The notes under the pieces were generated by a model that was not told the DNA's origin, did not search any database, and worked only from the letters and a program-made list of their open reading frames with translations. Below are positions 19,315 to 28,085 of a stretch of DNA of 28,102 nucleotides, piece after piece. Position numbers and translations under genes: made by a program. The DNA comes from a virus (lineage: Duplodnaviria; Caudoviricetes), in IMG/VR virus record IMGVR_UViG_3300005662_000168, positions 1 through 28,102 of that record. One strand, written 5' to 3'. The first letter of the stretch is position 1. Each line of letters begins with the position of its first letter.

Positions 19315-20311
19315 ATGGCCTGGTTTAAATATTTAGACAACACTAGCAATATAGCTAGCTCTCCAAATCAAATTAAGTATAATTATCCGCCCTTAAAAAG
19401 ACGGAATAATAATAGACGCTCTAAAAGATTACATAACAGCTAATGATTGGCTTTTTGTTGATTTAGGAAATAAAGAAATAAATTATGTTTATAATGAAAA
19501 TCTTTTAAAGATTGAACAAGATCACTCTTATATTGTTGTTTATGAGAATACTAGCGCTTTAAAAAACGATGCAGCAACTCCAGTTACAACTAAAGTTGTT
19601 GATGGAATTTTATATTTTAAAGCAGCAAAGAACCATGAAGCAGATACTCTTCCTCTTGGTGAGTATAATCTATACTATGGTTCTGACTACGTTAAGTATA
19701 TCCACGCAACACCAGTTGCCGAAAATGGCTTAAACGTTTATCAGTATATCGAGTACCCAGACAATGTAATAAGCGCATTTGAAGCTAGTCCTGGATATAG
19801 CATCTATTACAGTGCTACTCCACCAAGTATAAATTTATATAGCACAGAAATAACTAAATCTTCAACAGGCTACTATAAGTTAGCTTACTTTAATGATGGA
19901 ACAGATTGGGTAAATAATGTATCTAAAAAAAATGGCGCAAAAATAGTAGGAATATTTAGTGGGCCAAATCTTAGAATTTACGGAACAGTTGGACCATCTT
20001 ACGGAAAATTAAAAATTAGAATAGTTGTGAACCAAGCAATTGAAAACGAAAAAGAAACAACAGCTTTAGATTGGTTTGAAATAGATTGTTATTCGACTGA
20101 AGAAAAGCAACAAGTAATTTTTGAAAAAACAGATTTAGAATATTTAGATTATAGTTTAGAAATAGAAACTTTAGGCGATAAAAATGTACTTTCAACCAGT
20201 ACAGAAGTTAGAATAAATAAAATTTCTTTTTTAAAGAATTATAATTTTGATATAAATGATCAAGTTATTAATCCTGATTTATTATTTAAATCGATAGGTG
20301 GAGTTAGATAA
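19315..20311 (+). CDS. putative virion/tail-associated beta-rich protein (~331 aa), joined by +1 frameshift at CGG 19402
   Basis: Frame of 20027..20311 is open from 19397 with no ATG; 29-codon leader from ATG 19315 joins as ...YPPLKR-G-IIIDALKDY... Confidence 0.8.
19402..19405 (+). other. +1 recoding site 6 (AGA C-GGA ATA)
   Basis: In-frame CGG within overlap window 19397-19440. Confidence 0.85.
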
Positions 20312-22077
20312 TGGCAACAATTAAAAAAACTATTCAAAATCTTAAACCAGGTAAACAGTATCTTTTAACGGTAAAGCCAAAAGACGCAGATTTAAATGTT
20401 ACATTAGATCCATCTACTGCAATTAGATTTTCAATTCCAGCAGATGTAACTCAACCAACCGAACTTGGTGATTTAACTATAGTTGGCAACTATAAATCTA
20501 TAATGATCAGCTTTACTCCTTCTAATGAAGCGGACTTAAGAGGATATAACTACGAAGTATATTTACCAGAAGACATAGCTCAAAGTGGTTCAACATATGT
20601 AGTTATAGATGGACACACCGCTTATCTTTCTGGATTTTCTACTTCAAATGTTATCACTGTTGATGTTCCACAAAATTCTGAAATAGCCAATAATGTCGAC
20701 GCAAACACAGGAGTTACTACAACTACAACAACTGAAAAACTCTATTTTGCTAGAGTGCAATCAATAGATACATCTGGTAACACTTCAGCGTGGACACCAA
20801 TAGTTGCATCTACAGCAACAACATTTATTGAGTCAGCACATATTCAAGAATTAACTGCATCAAAAATTACCGCTGGAACAATAGGAGCTCATACAATTAC
20901 TTTGGCGGGGCCAACTTCGATAATTAAATCTTCAAATTACGAAGCCAATACAGCTGGATGGATAATTAAAGGAAACGGTTACGCTGAATTTGATTCAACC
21001 ACAATTAGAGGTGGTTTGAAAGCTGGGTCGGTATTTATTAATGCTGATAATAGATGGAAGTCAGATACAAGTGGAAATGTAATTACAAATCCTGAATTTA
21101 AAGTCGGTTCTTCAACTCAATACCTTTCTTATAACGGAGTCGATGCCCTTACCTTTACGGGAAATCTATCTGTAGGTTCGGGTTCTTCAATATTAAAAGC
21201 TGATACAAATGGCTTGTATTTGGGTAATGCAACTTTCGCGAGTGCTCCGTTTAGAGTAACTCCACAAGGTGGCGTTACTGCAACAGATGTGCAAATCAGT
21301 AATGCAAGCATTACTGGTGGAACTTTCACTATTAACGGTGGAGTATTTAGCGTGCAGTCAAACGGCTATACTCAATTTACTTCTGGAAAAATTGGCGCAT
21401 TAGAAATTGATGCTGGTGGATCGTTAAAGACTCCAGCAGGATTAGGATATTTATATCTTGGGTATTCTGGTGCTAGAACAGAAAACAAAACAGGCGTGCT
21501 TGCAGACGGATATACTTACTGGTCTTATATAGTCCCAGACAGAGTTGCTGTAATTGGAACAAGTGCTGTTGGAACAGAAATTTTCAGTGATGGAATCAAT
21601 TTTGCTGGAGCTTCATTTGGCCCAGGACCCTACGGTAGTAAAATGTCGATTGACTGGGACGGTACAGACGTTACCTACAGCGCAACTAATCCCGTACTCG
21701 GATCTGGGTATGGATATTTGACTTATAACTATCTTTCTGACAGAAGAATAAAAAGAAATATAGAAGAACCAAAAAATGAGTGGGTTGATAAGATTTTAAA
21801 TGATGTAAAAATCTGGGAGTTCAATATGTTAAATATTGGTACTCGCGATGAAGAGTCTATGTCTGAATTTCGTCAAATTGGAGTTATAGCTGATGAATTC
21901 AAGGAACTATTTCCTCAACTTGAAACAAGTCACAAACTAAAAGATCCAGACGGTAAAGACGCAGATCAATTGAGATCTGTTAGCTACCAAGGTTTAGTTC
22001 CAGCCTTGGTTTTAACTGTCCAAAAACTTAATGAAAAAATAGAATCTCTTGAATCACGACTTGCAGCCTTAGAATAA
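20311..22077 (+). CDS. tail fibre / receptor-binding protein with N-terminal FN3-like region and C-terminal intramolecular chaperone (Peptidase S74-like)
   Basis: NLKPGKQY, YFARVQSIDTSGNTSAW, ASKITAGTI; SDRRIKRNI...IGVIADE...VSYQGLVPALV..coiled coil. Confidence 0.85.
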   Translation: MATIKKTIQNLKPGKQYLLTVKPKDADLNVTLDPSTAIRFSIPADVTQPTELGDLTIVGNYKSIMISFTPSNEADLRGYNYEVYLPEDIAQSGSTYVVIDGHTAYLSGFSTSNVITVDVPQNSEIANNVDANTGVTTTTTTEKLYFARVQSIDTSGNTSAWTPIVASTATTFIESAHIQELTASKITAGTIGAHTITLAGPTSIIKSSNYEANTAGWIIKGNGYAEFDSTTIRGGLKAGSVFINADNRWKSDTSGNVITNPEFKVGSSTQYLSYNGVDALTFTGNLSVGSGSSILKADTNGLYLGNATFASAPFRVTPQGGVTATDVQISNASITGGTFTINGGVFSVQSNGYTQFTSGKIGALEIDAGGSLKTPAGLGYLYLGYSGARTENKTGVLADGYTYWSYIVPDRVAVIGTSAVGTEIFSDGINFAGASFGPGPYGSKMSIDWDGTDVTYSATNPVLGSGYGYLTYNYLSDRRIKRNIEEPKNEWVDKILNDVKIWEFNMLNIGTRDEESMSEFRQIGVIADEFKELFPQLETSHKLKDPDGKDADQLRSVSYQGLVPALVLTVQKLNEKIESLESRLAALE

Positions 22078-22130
22078 GAATGATATTATTGGATCAATAA
22101 AATCAATTTATCCAAAAGGAAACACGTATC

Positions 22131-22313
22131 ATGAGTGACACACCACAAGCAGAGCAAAAAACAGAATTTGTTGTTGAGATTAAAATTAGCGACAAGAACC
22201 TTTCTTATAAGAGTGACTTTACTGAGGCAGAAACTGTTTTTTGGCTGGAGTCAGTAAAAGAACTTATTATTAAGAGAACTTTTGAAGCCGCAGGAATAAC
22301 AGAAAAACAATAA
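22131..22313 (+). CDS. small hypothetical protein (60 aa)
   Basis: AAAGGA RBS; follows tail fibre. Confidence 0.7.
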   Translation: MSDTPQAEQKTEFVVEIKISDKNLSYKSDFTEAETVFWLESVKELIIKRTFEAAGITEKQ

Positions 22314-22337
22314 ATTACAGCCCAGAGAAATTGGGTC

Positions 22338-22344
22338 TACTATT
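22338..22344 (+). promoter_or_regulatory. putative late-promoter motif TACTATT
   Basis: 34 nt upstream of portal ATG. Confidence 0.4.
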
Positions 22345-22371
22345 AGATATAGGCTTAAATAAGGACGTACC

Positions 22372-24024
22372 ATGGCAATCAAAGATTATTTACCATTTCA
22401 AAGAGTAGACAACGCAAACAATTTCTCTGACAAGTCTTTGGATCCAGAGCAAGTTAAGGGTTTGTCCAAGGCGATGAAAGTCGCCTCTCTTGCTCTTGGA
22501 TTTCAAGGTACTAACTACTTCTTTAATTCAAGAGCCATATTTGAACGTCCAACTTATGACTTTGAACGCTTAGTTCAAGCTATTGATACTGACTCTTACG
22601 TAAAGCAGGCTATCTCAAAATATAAAGATCTATTTTGGAAAGAAGGTTGGGATATAGTTTCAGAAAATCCTGAAGCAGTATCTTACCTCAAGCAAAGAAT
22701 AGACTTCATGGAAATAGCCATGAAGAGACCATTTATAGAATTTTTAATTGAAGTATCTGATCAACTATTCAAGTTCTCTAATGCCTTCATCGTTAAGGCA
22801 AGGGGTGATTTAAGTGAGTATTTTCCAGACAAGCTAAATCCAATGAGCGGCGAAACGCCAATTATTGGTTATTATTTAATTCCAACTGAGCAAGTTAGAA
22901 TCTTTAGAGATAAACACAATAAGCCAAAATCATACCGCCAACAAACAGATCCACTTACCTACATGCCTCTTGAAGGTAATCCAGTTTGGACAGCTGATAA
23001 AGTAATCCACTTACACTTTGATAGAAAAGTTGGCAGAGCTTATGGTACGCCTTTCTTAATCAACGTATTAGATGACGTTATAGCTCTTCGTCAAATTGAA
23101 GAAGATATTCAAAATCTTGTTCACAGAGAATTATTCCCGCTTTACAAATATAAGATTGGAACAGCTGAACAACCAGCAGAACCAGAAGAAATTACGCAAG
23201 CAGCTATAGAAATAGAAAACCTAAGAGCTGAAGGTGGACTCATCCTTCCTTTTAGACATGACGTAGAAGTTATCGGATCACAAGGCGCATCGCTAGATGC
23301 AAGTCAATATTTAAATCATTTTAAAGAGCGTGTAGCTATTGGTTTGGGCGTTGCGCCACACCATATCGGCATGTCTCTAAATGGTGGAAATAGATCTGTT
23401 ACAGAAAGACTAGACGTTGCTCTTTATGATCGCATTAAACAAATGCAAAAACTATTTGCTGAAATGGTTAGACTAAATATCTTTAATGAATTATTGTTTG
23501 AAGGTGGATTTGATCCGATTACGAATCCAGCAGAAACTGGCGTGTCAGACAGATGTTTCTTTAAGTTTAAAGAGATAGATGTTGATACTCAAGTTAAGAA
23601 AGAAAATCATATTGTTCAAAAATATGTTAACAATTTAATTACACTTGAAGAAGCAAGATTGGCTTTGGGTTATGATCCAGATGTTGATGTAAAGAGCACA
23701 TACGCGGCAATACAGGGCGATGTTCAAGTCGATATAGCTAAGGCAACAGCTAAAGCGCAAGCTTCAGCTTCACCTAATAAAGGCACACCTCCAGAACCAA
23801 AGACATCAGACGGTCAACCGTCAGCTGGTCCAGGGCAACGTAATACGCCAAACGCAACAAGAGGCAATGCAAATGCAATGAGACCAATGAATCAAAACGG
23901 TAGAAGAACTTCTCCAGATATTAAAAGATATGACAATAATTTCTTGTCAGTAATTGAATCTTTATTGGATAAGGAGTATACTGTTATAGAAACAGATGTT
24001 GAAAAGGATGATGATAATGTTTGA
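22372..24024 (+). CDS. portal protein
   Basis: 550 aa; SNAFIVK, VIHLHFDRKVGRAYGTP, GLGVAPHHIG, NLITLEEARLALG; position between terL and protease. Confidence 0.85.
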   Translation: MAIKDYLPFQRVDNANNFSDKSLDPEQVKGLSKAMKVASLALGFQGTNYFFNSRAIFERPTYDFERLVQAIDTDSYVKQAISKYKDLFWKEGWDIVSENPEAVSYLKQRIDFMEIAMKRPFIEFLIEVSDQLFKFSNAFIVKARGDLSEYFPDKLNPMSGETPIIGYYLIPTEQVRIFRDKHNKPKSYRQQTDPLTYMPLEGNPVWTADKVIHLHFDRKVGRAYGTPFLINVLDDVIALRQIEEDIQNLVHRELFPLYKYKIGTAEQPAEPEEITQAAIEIENLRAEGGLILPFRHDVEVIGSQGASLDASQYLNHFKERVAIGLGVAPHHIGMSLNGGNRSVTERLDVALYDRIKQMQKLFAEMVRLNIFNELLFEGGFDPITNPAETGVSDRCFFKFKEIDVDTQVKKENHIVQKYVNNLITLEEARLALGYDPDVDVKSTYAAIQGDVQVDIAKATAKAQASASPNKGTPPEPKTSDGQPSAGPGQRNTPNATRGNANAMRPMNQNGRRTSPDIKRYDNNFLSVIESLLDKEYTVIETDVEKDDDNV

Positions 24025-24337
24025 TGTAAATGATAAATTGACAAGTAGTCAAAACACAGAAGAAGACGCTCTTCAGGTTTTTAGAAGAGCAGTCAATAAT
24101 GGTCAAACTAGATTGGCTCTTGAGGCATTGGTTGACGTAATTGATGCAATTGTGGAAATTCTAACTGATGATTCAGAAGAAGAGTCAGCAGATGTAGAAG
24201 AACCTAAAAAGGTTGAAGTAAAAGCAACTGTAAATTCTGTTGAGATTAAAGAAGAAAAAACAGAAGCACCTGTAGCTGAAGCGCCTGCAGCTCCAAAGAA
24301 AAAGGCAAAAGAAACCACAACAGATATCTCAGAGTAA
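24017..24337 (+). CDS. small acidic protein with low-complexity E/K/A/P tail (106 aa)
   Basis: AAGGA RBS, ATG 24017 overlapping portal stop. Confidence 0.7.
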   Translation: MFDVNDKLTSSQNTEEDALQVFRRAVNNGQTRLALEALVDVIDAIVEILTDDSEEESADVEEPKKVEVKATVNSVEIKEEKTEAPVAEAPAAPKKKAKETTTDISE

Positions 24338-24339
24338 TC

Positions 24340-25110
24340 ATGCCTGAGTTAGTAATTGGTTGTCCAATTTATAAAAGAGATTGGATTTTTCCTTATTGGA
24401 TTTCTTGTATAGAAAATCAAAATATAGATTTTTCTAAAATAGGTTTTGTGTTTATAGTTTCTCCAGATGACGAGAAAACTATAGAGATGCTAATTAGATA
24501 CAGAAATGCAAGACCAGACATTGCTGAGTTTGTTATTGATATAAAATCAGACATACCTCATTTTTCTCACGAAGAAGGATCTAGAACCTGGAGCATGGCG
24601 CGTTATGAGAACATGGTGTCTCTGCGCAATTCTATGTTAAAAAAAGTAAGAGAAATTAATCCAAAATATTTCTTTAGCTTAGATTCAGATATCTTATTAA
24701 CTAATCAAAACACAATTCAGTTACTAATATCACACATACAATCAGGAGCAGACGCAGTTAGTCCTTTAATGTTTATGACCCCAACTGGAACGCTCTATCC
24801 AAGCATAATGAATTGGAGAAATAAACCAGGCGAACAAGCATACAGGCAAGAATTATATCCTCTTGGGGAATATTTTAAAGCCGATGTTATCATGGCAGCA
24901 AAGATGATGTCTAGGGACGTTTATCAAAATGTCGATTACTGTCTTCACTCTCAAGGTGAAGATTTAGGTTGGTCTGGAAATGCTGGTAAATTGGGTTATC
25001 AATTATACTTAGCTTCGTACATCTACGCTCCTCATATCATGCATAAGCAGATGTTGGATCATTTTTTGGCAAATGGAGATTCTAGAGGAAATTTTTTTGC
25101 AACAGCATAA
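24340..25110 (+). CDS. glycosyltransferase, GT-A fold (GT2-like)
   Basis: LVIGCPIYKR N-terminal strand, LRN, FFSLDSD (DxD), GEDLGW, late His. Confidence 0.85.
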   Translation: MPELVIGCPIYKRDWIFPYWISCIENQNIDFSKIGFVFIVSPDDEKTIEMLIRYRNARPDIAEFVIDIKSDIPHFSHEEGSRTWSMARYENMVSLRNSMLKKVREINPKYFFSLDSDILLTNQNTIQLLISHIQSGADAVSPLMFMTPTGTLYPSIMNWRNKPGEQAYRQELYPLGEYFKADVIMAAKMMSRDVYQNVDYCLHSQGEDLGWSGNAGKLGYQLYLASYIYAPHIMHKQMLDHFLANGDSRGNFFATA

Positions 25111-25158
25111 AAGTATGATATCTTTATATAAGATTGTTTAATCTTATAAAACCCAATT

Positions 25159-25165
25159 TACTATA
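25159..25165 (+). promoter_or_regulatory. putative late-promoter motif TACTATA
   Basis: 38 nt upstream of ATG 25197. Confidence 0.45.
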
Positions 25166-25196
25166 AATAACAGATTAAAATAAATGGAGTAATACA

Positions 25197-27234
25197 ATGG
25201 CATTTGATTTCGTTGAAAATTTTACACTCCAACTTCCTGACCTTTCAGGATTGGAAAATGATTTTTCCGAATCGTTTAGTAAGAACCACGGTCTTATTAT
25301 CGAGGTAGCCGCTATACATGAGCGGACTTACAGCCAATTACAATAACTACTCTGCAATAGAATTAGAAAAAGCTCTTCAGTCTTGGGTTGAACCATATCC
25401 AAAGCCTATTATTTTAAATCACGATTTGAACTCAGAACCAATTGGTAGAGTTATTGCAGCTAAGATGGATAAAGAAGTAGACGGCGCTCCATACGTGAGA
25501 TTGCAAGTTGCTATAACCGATCCATTGGCAGCTCAAAAGATTTCAGACAAGAGATACCTTACTGGATCTGTCGGCGGAAGAGCTGGAAAAGCAGTATGTT
25601 CAATTTCTGGCGAAGACCTTGCAGCTGAATCAACTGATGGCAGACCAAAGCCAGTTAAATATAAGCGCGGTCAAGTATATAAGGGTAAGCTAGCTTTCGT
25701 AGACATGCAAGATATCTCATTTAAAGAATACTCGTTTGTTAATCAACCAGCAGACCAAAGATCAAGTGTGAGAGCATCTAAGTCAATTGATGGCGCAACT
25801 CCAATAACAGACTCTGATAACTGGACAGCAAAGAGTACAGCTTTTATTTTACATATGGATAAAGAAGATATTGTTTCCGTAGAGGAAAATGAATCTATAT
25901 TAAAAAACATGAAGAAGAAAGAGTCAAGACCTCTTTATCTTCATCTTAAGGGAGCTTTCTTGACAGCTTTGGCTTTTCAAGAGAGCGAAACTGCTAACGC
26001 AGATAATAGTCCATTACTATCAGAAAAGACTATTGATAATGAGGAGAATCTTAAAATGGATCAAACCACAAACAATGATGACATTTTGGCAGCTGTAGAA
26101 AATCTAAGCCAAGATCTCTCAGCAATTAACGCTGCGCCAGTCGCAGAAGAAACACAAGTTGAAGAGTCGGTTGTTGTCGAAGAATCAGCCCCTGCTGAAG
26201 AATCAGTTGTTGTTGAAGAAGCTGTTAATACAGAAGTTGCTAGCGCACTTCAAAACGTATTAGATCACACAGTAGTGTTCTACTACTCAGCACACAGAGC
26301 ACACTGGAATGTTGAAGGTGATGATTTTGTTCAGTATCATGATCTGTTCTCAAACATCTACGAAGATGCTAATGGCGCAATTGACGCACTTGCTGAAAAT
26401 ATCAGAAAAGTACAAGCAATGCCAACAAGTTTGACTTCATCAATAATGAACGCATCTTTTAAAGATGATTCAACTTCAAAAGATGCAATGGTATTAGCAG
26501 CAGATCTTCTTTCAAAGAACGACATGCTTAACCAAGCAATCTTGTCAGCTTTCACTACAGCTAACGCATCTAACGAACAAGGAATAGCAAACTTCCTTGC
26601 AGAGCGTGATGACATGCACAAGAAGTGGGCATGGCAGTTAAGAGCCTCGCTTAACATGGAAAATGACATGGAAGCAAAAGAATCGTGGAACATAACCACA
26701 AACGGATCTGAAGCAATTGCAGAAGCAACAGAAGAACCAACTGAAGAAGTGGTTGATTCTGTTAACCCTGAAGTTGCACCAGAAGCAGGAGAACAAGAAG
26801 AGCCAAAGGCAGAGCTCACAGAAGAACCAAAAGCTGCTGAGCAAGACGTCAATGACGATAAACTTCAAGTTCTCCAAGAAGAAAATGCAAAGCTTAGAGA
26901 AGCGCTACATCGCACTTTGGTTGAAAGAGTAGTTGATACAAAAATTTCATTAGGCGTAGAAGCAGTTGAAGAAAGAGAACAATTGATCAATGATCACGTA
27001 ACTCGCTCAGCTGGTTCTTTGGCCGATTCACTTAGAGACTTGGCAAAAATGCCAGTTGCTAAAAAGTCAGCTCAAAAACTTAATGAAACAGCAATCGTAG
27101 AAAATGATATTGTTTTTGAAAAAGAAGACAATGTTGTTGTCGAAGATGAAGAAGTAACAACTGCACCTAAGGCAAAAGTAAATACAGTTGAAGAACTGTT
27201 CGTTGATGCCTTCATGGGCCGCCGCAAACTTTAA
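25197..27234 (+). CDS. prohead protease-scaffold fusion with internal Dps/ferritin-like domain (~678 aa), joined by +1 frameshift at CGG 25323
   Basis: GGAG RBS at 25186; ...IEVAAIHE-G-LTANYNNY...; PIILNHD, PIGRV, YLTGSVG, EYSFVNQPAD protease motifs; acidic coiled-coil C-terminus. Confidence 0.85.
25323..25326 (+). other. +1 recoding site 7 (GAG C-GGA CTT)
   Basis: In-frame CGG within overlap window 25309-25343. Confidence 0.8.
26056..27234 (+). CDS. nested in-frame scaffold protein (392 aa) carrying the Dps domain
   Basis: GAGGAG at 26041-26046, ATG 26056, TACTAT motif at 26015; Dps motifs HWNVEG..F..YH.LF...YE......D.LAE and HKKWAWQLRA. Confidence 0.65.
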   Translation: MDQTTNNDDILAAVENLSQDLSAINAAPVAEETQVEESVVVEESAPAEESVVVEEAVNTEVASALQNVLDHTVVFYYSAHRAHWNVEGDDFVQYHDLFSNIYEDANGAIDALAENIRKVQAMPTSLTSSIMNASFKDDSTSKDAMVLAADLLSKNDMLNQAILSAFTTANASNEQGIANFLAERDDMHKKWAWQLRASLNMENDMEAKESWNITTNGSEAIAEATEEPTEEVVDSVNPEVAPEAGEQEEPKAELTEEPKAAEQDVNDDKLQVLQEENAKLREALHRTLVERVVDTKISLGVEAVEEREQLINDHVTRSAGSLADSLRDLAKMPVAKKSAQKLNETAIVENDIVFEKEDNVVVEDEEVTTAPKAKVNTVEELFVDAFMGRRKL

Positions 27235-27265
27235 AACAAACAATATAAACTAAGGAGATAATAAA

Positions 27266-28033
27266 ATGTCATTAGCAAAATTTCGTAAAGTAGGTACCAA
27301 AACGGGTGCTGGTCGTTTCGTTGTTTCTGAGGGTATTGCACCTTCAGCTTACATCTTGCCATCAGTTGCTCTTCCAACTTGGTACCTCGATTCAGAAGAC
27401 AATCGCTTTGAAATCGTTATTCCAAAGGGAACCATCCTTTCGGTAGTAACAGATGCAAATGGTGATTCACGTTTCGTTCCAGCTAACGGAACTGGTTCAG
27501 CAGTAACTTGGGGCGACACAATTTCAGGTTGGGACCCACTTGCAGGAGCAACACCAGTTGCTGGTGCATCGGGTGATACTCAAGCAGTGCCAGCTTACTC
27601 AGTTCCAGTTGGATGCGCACAGTACGATCTCTATCGTCCATTTGATAAGGGTACATCGCAAGGTGCTGGCTTTATCGTTAGAGGATATGTAGAGTATCCA
27701 ATGGTTACAGGTGTTAACGCAGACTTAGTTGCTGGAGATCTCGTTCGTGCAGACGAAATGGGCCGTCCAGTTAAGCTTGCAGCTGCATCAAACTCCGCAG
27801 GAGCTTCGCACACCCCATGGTTGCAAGTTGGTAAGGTTATCGAAGTAGAGAAGTTTGCTACAAACTTCGACGATGGTCTCCTCTCCTACATGCTCTTGCC
27901 ATCGGACCCAGGTGCGCTCAAGACAGTATTTGAGCTCACAAAATCAGGCACATACTCAGGCAAACTTGGTATCCGTGCAAACCTAGATGTTACGAATGTT
28001 GTTGGCGCATTCCGCGTGAACTTAACACTCTAA
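27266..28033 (+). CDS. capsid-associated structural protein (decoration/minor head protein)
   Basis: AAGGAG RBS; highly-expressed-type codon bias; lies between scaffold and next strongly initiated gene. Confidence 0.65.
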   Translation: MSLAKFRKVGTKTGAGRFVVSEGIAPSAYILPSVALPTWYLDSEDNRFEIVIPKGTILSVVTDANGDSRFVPANGTGSAVTWGDTISGWDPLAGATPVAGASGDTQAVPAYSVPVGCAQYDLYRPFDKGTSQGAGFIVRGYVEYPMVTGVNADLVAGDLVRADEMGRPVKLAAASNSAGASHTPWLQVGKVIEVEKFATNFDDGLLSYMLLPSDPGALKTVFELTKSGTYSGKLGIRANLDVTNVVGAFRVNLTL

Positions 28034-28085
28034 TAAAAAAAAGAAACAATAAAAGAAAACAATAAACAGGAGGATATATCCTAAG

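Noticed and set aside
6553-25343. Shared slippery heptamer, internal SD or downstream hairpin at the shift sites
   Set aside because: No common element beyond CGG(A/T) was visible by eye; preceding codons are CCG, CCT, AGT, GGA, ATG, AGA, GAG.
26161-26220. EESVVVEE repeat as a CRISPR or mobile repeat
   Set aside because: Two in-frame degenerate copies in a low-complexity linker; no spacer array or cas genes.
6312-27234. Split genes as pseudogenes or random indel errors
   Set aside because: All seven breaks are +1, one per gene, 5'-biased, not in homopolymers, and coincide with the only in-frame CGG codons; catalytic motifs are intact. A motif-specific systematic error is not excluded and needs read-level checking.
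6312-27234. Stop-codon reassignment (TAG or TGA read-through) as the cause of fragmentation
   Set aside because: Downstream parts are in a different frame, and TAA, TAG and TGA all end genes normally here.
9885-27813. Minus-strand ORFs within the late region (e.g. 9885..10406, 13553..13825, 26358..26852)
   Set aside because: Antisense shadows of long plus-strand genes with recognisable motifs.
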